Positions 41,262 through 50,082 are shown, counted from the stretch's first letter. The stretch: 51,337 nucleotides of DNA from a bacterium (GCA_011046415.1 DSAP01000185.1:1-51337), one strand, 5' to 3'. The notes: generated from the letters alone by a model not told the origin. Made by a program: numbers and translations.

Positions 41262-41345
41262 GGCCGTTTCCTCGATGGACACTTGTCGGAATTTAGATCA
41301 AATCGATCTGATTTAAAAGGATTTTATCCGGATGCAGGAAAAAAA

Positions 41346-43697
41346 TCAGGAACCGCCGGATTCTCTCCGGTACGCGGTAAACCGGATCGTCCGGGAGAAC
41401 CCTTCCGTATCCTGCACGGTGAGGCGGTGAACGCCCGGGAACAGGTCGACCGCGAGTTCATGCCGGTGCCGGGGTTCTCCGATGATGGTGCCGTCCAGAA
41501 TCCAGAAGAGGACGGCATCCGGGTGCTGGTGGCGGGCCTGGAATACGATCCGCTGATGCCGTCCGTCCAGATCACGCGGGATGAGGATGCGAAGGTCGTT
41601 CACCGGATAGATCAGCGCGAGACGATCCGGGTCGTTCGTGACCGGACACCGGTCGGCATGGAGAGGAATCGCGTCCATGCGGCGGCCGGCGCGCCCCAGG
41701 ATATCCCGGGCCTGGGCAGGCACGATGTAGCGGATCGCGCGGACCGTGTCGACCCCCGTCCAGCAGAGCGAACAGACGGATCGCCCCGTCTTCCGGTCGA
41801 GCACATACCGCCGATGAAACCGGCAGACGCCGGCCCGCCATGCGCATACGGGACGCATATCGATCACGGTTCCGGGACAGTATGGGCCGGCCGGATATCC
41901 GCTTTCGGTGCAGCATGGGATTTCGGCCAGGTCATGGAGCGGCTCCTCGAACCAGACCGGTTCGGACGGATCCGTGAGTTGATTGAAGAGCATGAAGAGG
42001 AGGGGCGCCGCCGAATTCGCGCCCCCGATTTCGGCATTTCCCTCTCCGGTAAAATTGCCGGCCCAGACGCCGATCGTCCATTGCCGGTTCACACCGACGG
42101 CCCATCCGTCTTTCTGGCCGTAACTGGTCCCCGTCTTCCAGGCCACCGGCACCCGCCCCCCGAACTGACGCCAGTAATATTCCACACCCGGCCTGGCCAG
42201 CCGGGTCAGGGCGTTCAGGACCAGCCAGGCGGCGCCTTCGCCGCAGATCCGCTCCGGTCCCGGGGTAATGTCATCGTCTCCAAACAAAGTCAGGGGTATC
42301 CGCTTTCCCAGATTGCCGAGCCCGAGGTAGAGTCCGGTCAGTTCCCAGAGGGAGGCTTCCGCCCCGCCGAGGATCAGCGAGAGGCCGTACCCGTCGGCGG
42401 AACGGAACAGGTAATTCAGTCCGTTCTGCTTCAATGCGGCATGAAAATCGTGCAGCCCGTATTCGTTGAGCAGGCGAACGGCCGGGACGTTCAGCGAATG
42501 GAGGAGCATCTCCTCGAGCGTGACCAGGCCGCGGAAGCTTTTCCCGGCATTCTGCGGCGCGAACGTGCCGTAAAAGGTCGGCACATCCTGGATCACGGAC
42601 CGGAGTGTGTACGGACCACGGTCGAGACACAGGGCCGCAAGGAAGGGTTTGAGCAGGCTGCCCGTCGAACGGGGTGCCTGCACCCCGTCGACCTGACCGC
42701 TGTATTGGTCGTCGAAAAAGGATTCCGAACCCACATACGCCCGGACACGACCCGTCCGGGTCTCGACGGCGAGCACGGCCATGTTGAAGATACCCCGTTC
42801 CCGGAGATCCCGCGAGACGGGACGGATCAGGGACTCGACCCGGGCCTGGAGGGCGCGGTCGAGCGTGGTGCGGAGGGATCTTTGGTCGGACAGCCGGGAT
42901 GCGCGGAGTGTCGCGTGCGGCGCGAGGAAGGGCAGGCGGTTGCCGCCTTCGGGCAAAGGCTCGTCCCGGGCGATCATGCAGGACACGGAATCCAGGACGC
43001 CCGTATCGCGGAGCCGTTCCAGCAGGCGGTTACGCCTGATGAGGAGGAGATCGCGTCCCTGATCGAGATTGATCAGGGACGGCGCATTGGGAAGGATGAC
43101 GAAAAGCGCCGACTCGGCCCAGGTCAGTTCCGTGACGGGCCTGCCGTAATAGCGGTAGGATGCCGCCTGGATGCCGACGACATTCCCGCCCATGGGGACA
43201 TTCGAGGTATACATCCGCAGGATTTCGGATTTATTGAAATGGACGGAGAGCCGCAGCGCCGCGGCGGTCTCGCGGATCTTGTTCCACACCGTCCTCGGTT
43301 TGGGGTCGGCGAGCCGGGCCACCTGCATCGTGATCGTACTGCCGCCGCGCACGATCCGTCCTGCGCGGATGTTCGTGATCAAGGCGCCGGCCAGGGCCCG
43401 GATATCCACGCCGGGATGGGAGAAGAAACGCCGGTCTTCCCATTCCCGCAGCGCCCTGAGATACTTGTCGGGAAGCGGCATATCCTCTGCCGGAAACCTG
43501 AGCTGTTCGTCCCGGGGCAGGAAGATTCGAAGGAGATCTCCGTGCCGGTCGAACACGACCGTCGCCGTGTCGCCGCGGAAGGGACAGGCCATCGGCCTCA
43601 ACAGCCAGACCAGACCGGCCAGGAAAAATACGGCCGGCAGGCAAAGCCGGTGGTGACGGGACAGGCGTTTCAGCATCTTTTTAATGATTTTTCGCAT
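41346..43697 (-). CDS. pbpC: Penicillin-binding protein 1C
   Basis: EDRRFF.HPGVD, GGSTITMQVAR, STGSLLKP, SLN, WKTGTSYG.KDGW, C-terminal BiPBP_C-like domain. Confidence 0.95.
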   Translation of the reverse strand: MRKIIKKMLKRLSRHHRLCLPAVFFLAGLVWLLRPMACPFRGDTATVVFDRHGDLLRIFLPRDEQLRFPAEDMPLPDKYLRALREWEDRRFFSHPGVDIRALAGALITNIRAGRIVRGGSTITMQVARLADPKPRTVWNKIRETAAALRLSVHFNKSEILRMYTSNVPMGGNVVGIQAASYRYYGRPVTELTWAESALFVILPNAPSLINLDQGRDLLLIRRNRLLERLRDTGVLDSVSCMIARDEPLPEGGNRLPFLAPHATLRASRLSDQRSLRTTLDRALQARVESLIRPVSRDLRERGIFNMAVLAVETRTGRVRAYVGSESFFDDQYSGQVDGVQAPRSTGSLLKPFLAALCLDRGPYTLRSVIQDVPTFYGTFAPQNAGKSFRGLVTLEEMLLHSLNVPAVRLLNEYGLHDFHAALKQNGLNYLFRSADGYGLSLILGGAEASLWELTGLYLGLGNLGKRIPLTLFGDDDITPGPERICGEGAAWLVLNALTRLARPGVEYYWRQFGGRVPVAWKTGTSYGQKDGWAVGVNRQWTIGVWAGNFTGEGNAEIGGANSAAPLLFMLFNQLTDPSEPVWFEEPLHDLAEIPCCTESGYPAGPYCPGTVIDMRPVCAWRAGVCRFHRRYVLDRKTGRSVCSLCWTGVDTVRAIRYIVPAQARDILGRAGRRMDAIPLHADRCPVTNDPDRLALIYPVNDLRILIPRDLDGRHQRIVFQARHQHPDAVLFWILDGTIIGEPRHRHELAVDLFPGVHRLTVQDTEGFSRTIRFTAYRRESGGS

Positions 43698-43777
43698 GGT
43701 CCCTTTTACAGTGATTCAGGGAAAACGGACATTGGTTGTCATTCAAAGGAACCGTGCAAACCGATCCTCGCCCTTTC

Positions 43778-45130
43778 TCATCCGCCGTCTTCGGTTTTGC
43801 GGAGGGTAAAACAAAAAGTGCTGCCTTTGCCCTCCCCGCCCGATTCCACCCAGATTTTTCCCCCGTGCCGTCCCACGATCTTCTTGCACAACGCCAGGCC
43901 GGCCCCGGTACCCGGATAATCCCGATCCGTGTGCAGACGTTTGAAAATCAGGAATATCCTTTCGAAATATTCGGGATCGATGCCGATGCCGTTGTCCCGG
44001 ATCAGGAACCGATAATCCTGTTCGCCCGTTTCCGCCCGGATATAGATCCGGGGAATCGGGGCGTCACAGAATTTGACGGCATTGTCGACCAGATGAATAA
44101 ACACCCGGTACAGCTGTTTTCTGTCGCCCATGACCGTCGGCAGGGATTCATACGATAAAGACGGTTTTCTCTCTTTGTATTTATTTCGGATCTGCACATC
44201 GACCGTCTCGACCAGTTTTGTACAGTCGACCGGTTCGAAAGGCCTGCCGTGCGTGTTTACCTGTGAAATAACACGCACATCATTGACCAGGTCCTGGATG
44301 CGAAGACCGCCCTCGACGATGAATGTCATGAAGGTGTCGGCTTCTTCGTTAAAATAGTCTTCATGACGCCGTTTGAGCAGCTGGGAATAGCTGACGATGT
44401 TGCGTATGGGTTCCTGAAGTTGATGGGAGGCGATAAAAAAGAATTGTTCCAGTTCCGCGTTGGTACGGGCCAGCTCCTCCGCCTGACGTTCCAGGGTCCG
44501 TTCCGCCTCCATGCGTTCTTCGATCTCTTTCTGAAGGGCGAGATTGAGTTCGGTCAGTTTTCGCGTCCTCTCCCGGACGCGCATCTCCAGCTCATCCCGC
44601 GGCAACAGCGCGATCCGCTCTTCTTCGAGTATCCCTTTCGGCAAATGCCTGAGTATATCGAAAGCCAGCGGAGAATCGGTGTACCGGTTCCGGATCTGCG
44701 TAAACCCCTGGACCAGGGCCTCCTCCGAACGTTCCGGGGAAACCGATACGGAGTGAAGTTCATGCAGCCGGGATAAAAGGTCCGAGAAAACCATATTGAT
44801 TGCTTCGATACGCCCGGTTTCGGGGAGTCTTTCGACATTCAATATCACCGGCTCCAGATCGACTTCGCCCCCCCGACCCGGACTGCATCCTTCAAAGAGT
44901 ATGGGATTCAGTTCAAAATATTCGGCCAGGAATGCTTCCGACACGTTATTCGCTTCGAACTCTTTGAGGTAGAGCGGGATCAGGCTGCAATAGGCTTCGG
45001 CAAGAAGCGCATCGTCTTTGGGAGAAATGGATTTCTTGCGTTTCCGTTTTCTGTTAAAACCGTGCGCAGGGAAAAGGCCCCGGCGGATCGATCCTTCCGC
45101 GTGATGGAAAAGCTGTCGCAGGACATTCAT
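43778..45130 (-). CDS. Soluble sensor histidine kinase (unrecognised N-terminal domain, coiled coil, HisKA, HATPase_c)
   Basis: H-box ASHQLQEP, N-box HLVDNAVKF, DNGIGI, F.RLH, GAGLALCKKIV..HGG. ATG overlaps the upstream TGA (ATGA, 45127-45130). No TM seen. Confidence 0.92.
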   Translation of the reverse strand: MNVLRQLFHHAEGSIRRGLFPAHGFNRKRKRKKSISPKDDALLAEAYCSLIPLYLKEFEANNVSEAFLAEYFELNPILFEGCSPGRGGEVDLEPVILNVERLPETGRIEAINMVFSDLLSRLHELHSVSVSPERSEEALVQGFTQIRNRYTDSPLAFDILRHLPKGILEEERIALLPRDELEMRVRERTRKLTELNLALQKEIEERMEAERTLERQAEELARTNAELEQFFFIASHQLQEPIRNIVSYSQLLKRRHEDYFNEEADTFMTFIVEGGLRIQDLVNDVRVISQVNTHGRPFEPVDCTKLVETVDVQIRNKYKERKPSLSYESLPTVMGDRKQLYRVFIHLVDNAVKFCDAPIPRIYIRAETGEQDYRFLIRDNGIGIDPEYFERIFLIFKRLHTDRDYPGTGAGLALCKKIVGRHGGKIWVESGGEGKGSTFCFTLRKTEDGG

Positions 45131-46308
45131 GGAGACTCGACTCCTGTCAATGCGCCGACGAGATCCGCCCACTCTTCACGGTCGAACAATCCCGGAGAGA
45201 TGGACAGCAGGACAATCGCATCCGTTTCGGAACACAATGTAGTCAAATCCGAGAGCAAATCGCGGGTTTTTTTTAACCCGTTGACGAGTTTGATCTGATC
45301 GATGCAATCGACGAACAGGATGGGCGCTTGGGTTTGCCTGACGAACTGGGATACGATCGCGGTCAATCCGTCCAGGTCTTTCGGGGAAATCGTATCCGGT
45401 TTCCCGTCGAACGTCAGGTGGAAAACCGGCGTCTTCGCGAGCCGGTATCGCTTTCTGATTTTATCGGGTGCCAGCTTGGTGATGCACAATCCGGAACGCC
45501 GATGGGTGATCTGATCGAAAAAGACGTCATATCCCCGATCGGGCCTGACCTCCCGGATATAATAACAGCGTCCGGGAAGAAGTGAATACTTCAATGGGAC
45601 GTCCGACGGCTTCTCGGCTGAGGGAACCACGATGAATAACTTGTGTTTCAGTACGGCGTAGAAAACAGAGACCGTCCAGATGATGCTCAGGGTGGTCCCG
45701 ATCTCCGGGGTCGATTTACCCGGATCGGGCAGGATCACATTGCTCAGCGTGGCCAGCAGCAAGAAAACCGCACTGCCGAACAGGAGCGGTCTGGCCTGTT
45801 TTTTCTCGATGAGGATATTCTTCCGGATGACTCCGATCAGCAGATAGGTGGCAAAAATGTATAAAAACAGATAATAAAGGGCATAGGCGCCGACGGCCTT
45901 CCCCGGAAGGGAAGTATATCCGTAAAACATGCGATAGGGTTCCGGCAAATAGATCAGATCGGTGAATAAAAACAGGATCAGGAAGAGGACGGCGGGACCA
46001 TAGAGGATGAAACAGGTCGCATTCTTCTGAAGGATTCTTTTTCGGTCCGCAAACACCAGGACAAAATGGACCCAGAGGCTCTGCATGAAACACCATCCGA
46101 AACCGCCGGCCCGGATCAGGATCAATGCGGTTCCCTGACCGACATCGAGCCGGTGTCCGAATTCGGTGAGACACCAGATCGCCAGCGACAGGGAATACAT
46201 CGCAAAAATCCGGCTCAACAGGCTGCGCGGTATCAGGAAGAAAACATAGATCCCCAGCATGACATGGAGAACACCCGGGACCAGCGATAAAAACGCCCAT
46301 ATGGACAT
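45127..46308 (-). CDS. Membrane sensor: HisKA_7TM-like N-terminal domain fused to DUF835 (inactive KaiC-like) domain
   Basis: About 7 hydrophobic segments with LAIWCLTEF, HFVLVF and YAVLKHKLF. C-domain GLCITK..P..IR.RY.L..TPV.HLT, ISP..L, LFVDCIDQI..VNG..T..LL..L. Confidence 0.8.
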   Translation of the reverse strand: MSIWAFLSLVPGVLHVMLGIYVFFLIPRSLLSRIFAMYSLSLAIWCLTEFGHRLDVGQGTALILIRAGGFGWCFMQSLWVHFVLVFADRKRILQKNATCFILYGPAVLFLILFLFTDLIYLPEPYRMFYGYTSLPGKAVGAYALYYLFLYIFATYLLIGVIRKNILIEKKQARPLLFGSAVFLLLATLSNVILPDPGKSTPEIGTTLSIIWTVSVFYAVLKHKLFIVVPSAEKPSDVPLKYSLLPGRCYYIREVRPDRGYDVFFDQITHRRSGLCITKLAPDKIRKRYRLAKTPVFHLTFDGKPDTISPKDLDGLTAIVSQFVRQTQAPILFVDCIDQIKLVNGLKKTRDLLSDLTTLCSETDAIVLLSISPGLFDREEWADLVGALTGVESP

Positions 46309-46494
46309 ATGCCACCCCGTCGAATGATCAAGCCGGCTTTGACGGCTTCATTGAATTTTTAAATCTGCGTGATCTCATGCGCCCCGCCTCAAAATGGTGA
46401 AAGTGCGGTAGCCCCTCGTCGCTCGCATCCAACCGCTGACCATCGCTTTGGATACCCCGAAACCCTCCCTCACGCCATTCGCGAATCTTTCAGG

Positions 46495-47694
46495 TTAAAT
46501 GACTCCCGACTCTTTTCCGACTTCCCGGAAAATATCCAGGGCGCGGTCGATCTGGGAGAAGGTATGCGTGGCGATCACCGTACACCGGATCCTGCTCTGG
46601 TTCGCGGCGACGGCCGGCCAGGAGATGGCCGAGGCGAGAATCCCCCTCTCGAACAGCAATCTGGACATCCGGATCGTCTTCTCTACATCCCCGATGATGA
46701 TCGGAATAATCTGGGTTTCACTGTTGGACAGGCTGAAACCGATTTGTTTCAATCCCTCTTTGAAACGGTGCACATTCTTCCAGAGATTGTCTCTCAACCC
46801 CGGATTGTTCCGGATGATCCTCAGCGCGGCCAGGATGCCGGCGGCCTGTTCCGGAGGCAGGGAAGAACTGAACATGAAGGGGTGCGACCGCATCCGGAGC
46901 GTCCCGAGCACATCCGGAGGACCGGTGACAAATCCCCCCATGGCCCCGAGAGCCTTACTCATCGTCCCCATCTCGAAATCAATTTCCCCCTCTACATGAA
47001 AAAATTCGGGAGTCCCCCGTCCGTTCTCGCCGATGATTCCCGTGGCGTGTGCATCGTCGACCATTACCATGGCGCCGTACCGGCGGGCCAGGGAAACGAT
47101 GTCCGGCAGGGGCGCGAAGTCGCCGTCCATGCTGAACACGCCGTCGGTGAGGATCAGTTTCCGTTTGGCCTGACTCCGCTTGAGAATCATTTCCAGATGG
47201 TTCATGTCATTGTGCTTGAACGTCTTGGTCGGCGACCGGCTGAGCCGGCAACCGTCCACCACGCTGATGTGGGACAAATAGTCCTTGATGATCAGGTTCT
47301 CGTCGTTGTCGATCGTCGGCAGTCCGAGTCCCTCGAAACTGTCCATGATGGCGGGAATGATGCCGATGTTGGCCGCGTATCCGGACTGAAAGATCAGGGC
47401 CGCGGGCTCCTTCTTGAACTCCGCGATCGCCGCTTCCAGTTCTTCCAGGATTTTCAGGTTTCCGGCGACCCATCTCGATTCGCAGGTACCGATCCCGTAC
47501 CGTTCGACGGCCTCGACGGCGGCCTTCTTCACTTCCGGATGCGTGGCGAGACCCAGATAATTGTTCGAACAGAGACAGAGATAGGGTTTCCCTCCGATGA
47601 CGATTTCGGGATACGGGATCTCATCCACGACCCGCAAGTCCGAATAAAAATCGCGGTCCTGAGCGGCTTTATGCAGTTGTCTTAAATATTCCAT
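46495..47694 (-). CDS. PLP-dependent alpha-oxoamine synthase family enzyme (BioF/Kbl/SPT/CqsA-like); substrate unassigned
   Basis: SNNYLGL, F.SGY.AN, DGVFSMDGD, DDAHATG, GTMSKALG (PLP Lys). Atypical DYLSHISVVDG and GTCESRWVAG. Confidence 0.88.
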   Translation of the reverse strand: MEYLRQLHKAAQDRDFYSDLRVVDEIPYPEIVIGGKPYLCLCSNNYLGLATHPEVKKAAVEAVERYGIGTCESRWVAGNLKILEELEAAIAEFKKEPAALIFQSGYAANIGIIPAIMDSFEGLGLPTIDNDENLIIKDYLSHISVVDGCRLSRSPTKTFKHNDMNHLEMILKRSQAKRKLILTDGVFSMDGDFAPLPDIVSLARRYGAMVMVDDAHATGIIGENGRGTPEFFHVEGEIDFEMGTMSKALGAMGGFVTGPPDVLGTLRMRSHPFMFSSSLPPEQAAGILAALRIIRNNPGLRDNLWKNVHRFKEGLKQIGFSLSNSETQIIPIIIGDVEKTIRMSRLLFERGILASAISWPAVAANQSRIRCTVIATHTFSQIDRALDIFREVGKESGVI

Positions 47695-48205
47695 TCCGCA
47701 GTCTCCTCTGGAGCATCCCCATCATGCAGGTCCGGGTCACGACACAGGCCGAACAGATCAGGAACACGTGTGTAAACACGTATACAACGCTGAAAACGGG
47801 ATAAACGATCGCGTAAATCGGATGGAGTTTGTACAGCCAATAAATCGGAAAGAGAATCAATGAGACCGCGACGGCGGTGGCGCCCAATTCGAGGAACCAG
47901 TTGAGCCCGGCCCCGGTTTTCTCCATTTTATTGTAGAAAAACAGACGGTAAAATACCGGGGCGAGGATGAAGCCTCCGATGGGATGGCATCCTTTGCCGG
48001 CATGGGGGCATTTCAGGTCTTCACAGCAATACGCCTCGAGGAGATTGGCGACCAGCCAGATGGCGATATAGATCAGCGAAAGCAGAGGAGCGAACCGCCA
48101 CAGAGCGATGATCACCAGGATCATGACCGTAAAAACCGGGACCATGAGTATCCAATACAACGTTTGTCTTTCACAGCGTGCACAGGGCTGTTCGCTTTTT
48201 GTCAT
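47669..48205 (-). CDS. Cys-rich four-TM hypothetical membrane protein
   Basis: CARC, two TM hairpins each followed by a Cys cluster (CCEDLKCPHAGKGC; CSACVVTRTC). GAGGA RBS before MTKSEQ; overlaps the downstream gene by 26 nt. Confidence 0.7.
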   Translation of the reverse strand: MTKSEQPCARCERQTLYWILMVPVFTVMILVIIALWRFAPLLSLIYIAIWLVANLLEAYCCEDLKCPHAGKGCHPIGGFILAPVFYRLFFYNKMEKTGAGLNWFLELGATAVAVSLILFPIYWLYKLHPIYAIVYPVFSVVYVFTHVFLICSACVVTRTCMMGMLQRRLRNGIFKTTA

Positions 48206-48283
48206 ATGCAATCGTCCTCTCTGTTTTCGTATGGGATTTCGGGTTTCACCGGCCTCCGGCGCCATATTCATATTTTCGGAATC

Positions 48284-49156
48284 TCAATCCTTCTCGGTCT
48301 GGATCTCGAACGGATTGAGCAGCGGGCTGTAGGATGCCGCGAGACGGTCGCGGAAGGGCTCGAGCGACTGCCGGATCACCCCGGGCAGGCCGTCCGCCCA
48401 GACCAGGCGCCGGCGATCCAGTTCGAGTGCATCCATCTCGCGCACGAGTGTGCGCTGCCATCCGGTGCCGGTCTGACCGGAGGCTTTGAATGATTTCAAC
48501 TGGCAGTCGAGCCATCCCAGGGAAAGGCGGCGCACCCTGAGGATGATCTGATCCGCCCGTTCCGTACGCAACCGCTCGTTTTTCTCCGGATCCGCATCGT
48601 CCCAATCGAAATCCCCTGTATCGTGATATCCGAACAGGGGGAAATCGGGACCGTCTCCGGGATGATATCCCAGAAACGCATAATACGCCGTGATATAGAG
48701 GTACGTATATTCCCCGGGTCCCATGCCGGCATCGAGCAATGCCTCGTTACGGCGGGTGTAATATTCGGCCAGTCCGGGCAGGGCGCCGAATCCCTTCCGG
48801 ACGAGCCCCAGGATCTTCCAGAACGGCGACCCGGTCTCCCGGACATCCTTGAAATCCCGAGAAAGTTCTTCGACTCCCTCTTCCATCAGGCTTCGCGAAT
48901 CCGCCGTGTTTTCCCGCACCGAGAGGAAAGTCTCAATCCGGTCCGCGGGGATGCGCCCGTCCGCGGGGGGACAATAGTCCTCGATCCGCCCGTAACGCTC
49001 CTCGATCGCCCTCATGGTCGTCCCGGTCTCTTCGAACGATTTCACCGTATCCTTGACCAGGAAAAATCCGGTCCCGCAGAGCAGCACGAAAAGCATCAGG
49101 ATCACACCGCATCCGATGCCGCATCCGATCATCACTTTCTTGGTGGTGTCTGTCAT
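48284..49156 (-). CDS. Hypothetical membrane-anchored protein
   Basis: KKVMIGCGIGCG-type N-terminal anchor, helical body; GAGGGAG RBS before MTDTT. Confidence 0.75.
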   Translation of the reverse strand: MTDTTKKVMIGCGIGCGVILMLFVLLCGTGFFLVKDTVKSFEETGTTMRAIEERYGRIEDYCPPADGRIPADRIETFLSVRENTADSRSLMEEGVEELSRDFKDVRETGSPFWKILGLVRKGFGALPGLAEYYTRRNEALLDAGMGPGEYTYLYITAYYAFLGYHPGDGPDFPLFGYHDTGDFDWDDADPEKNERLRTERADQIILRVRRLSLGWLDCQLKSFKASGQTGTGWQRTLVREMDALELDRRRLVWADGLPGVIRQSLEPFRDRLAASYSPLLNPFEIQTEKD

Positions 49157-49230
49157 ATCTCCCTCACGATGTGAACGGAATCTGTTTGTCGGACAATCCC
49201 CGCATCGCATGATTCACGGACGGGTTTTGG

Positions 49231-49272
49231 ATTTCTGATTCCTGATTTCTGATTCCTGATTTGAGATTCCCG
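49231..49272. repeat. Heptamer tandem repeat (6 units)
   Basis: ATTTCTG ATTCCTG ATTTCTG ATTCCTG ATTTGAG ATTCCCG. Confidence 0.85.
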
Positions 49273-49346
49273 ATCCGGTTTCAGCCATTTTCTCCGTTTC
49301 CCGTTCCACTTTTCCGTCCCGGAATAATCGAGGCGGTCTTTTGATC

Positions 49347-50082
49347 TCACCATTCCCGGCGCAGATTCTGTTTCAAATACCGTTCCATGATGCGACGGAT
49401 GAACTCCTCCGTATCTATCGTCATGCCGATTTCACAATTGGGGGGCCGGCTTTCATCGAGAACCGTATACCCCTCGTCGGTGACGCGCACATGCGCCTTA
49501 CGCGTGGAGAACAGCTCGGGCCAGAGCGCCATGCCCACGGCCACCACGTCGAACAGGGTCGGGTCCGGCCGGGCATACTCCTCATACAGCCACAGGGTAT
49601 ACAGGCCGCAGAGTGCATTCGTCAGCGGCGACTGCCGCATGAGAAGCCGGAGCCGGTTCGCCTCATCGAGGCGGACGAAGGTCGTGATGTCGAGTCCCGC
49701 CAGGGTCGGATTCGCCCCGGAGGAGACGAATTTCTGCGCGGCCGGGATGTCGGCGCGGACGTTCCATTCGGCGTCGATGACGGGACCGGTCGAATATCCC
49801 ATGTAAAAGGAGCCGAACATGGCGATCACCCTTTTGGCGAGTTTCAGCGCTTCGGGATCCTTCTGGATCACATCCCGCATGTTCGGAACCGGTCCGACCG
49901 TGACCAGGATGACCTCCCCGGGATATTTACGCAGATTCCGGACTCGCAAGGATCAGGGCGACCGCGAACGCATCGTCGATGTCGCCGCCCAGGTCGCAGT
50001 CGAATATGATTTTCTGTCTTCCGGACGCATGGGAAAAAACCGCCAGGCACGTTGCGCACAACAGGATCCCCCAGTGTTTCAT
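49347..50082 (-). pseudogene. Secreted inosine/uridine-preferring nucleoside hydrolase, disrupted by an internal out-of-frame deletion at ~49935-49942
   Basis: AAGGAGG RBS, signal peptide, KIIFDCDLGGDIDDAFA...ASPE then stop. The other frame resumes at NLRKYPGEVILVTVGP.PN, MFGS, AEWNV..D, GLDIT, LFD. The intervening family segment is missing. Confidence 0.8.

Noticed and set aside
41187-43919. 910-aa plus-strand ORF
   Set aside because: Antisense shadow of pbpC; no recognisable motifs; long antisense ORFs are expected at high GC with biased codon usage.
46309-46494. Possible riboswitch between the synthase and the 7TM-DUF835 gene
   Set aside because: Only weak hairpins (ATCCAA/TTGGAT, AAGCCG/CGGCTT) and no aptamer consensus I recognise; an Rfam scan would be needed.
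46495-47694. Assigning the symbol bioF or cqsA
   Set aside because: Family membership is clear, but the specificity motifs deviate from both and there is no biotin operon context.
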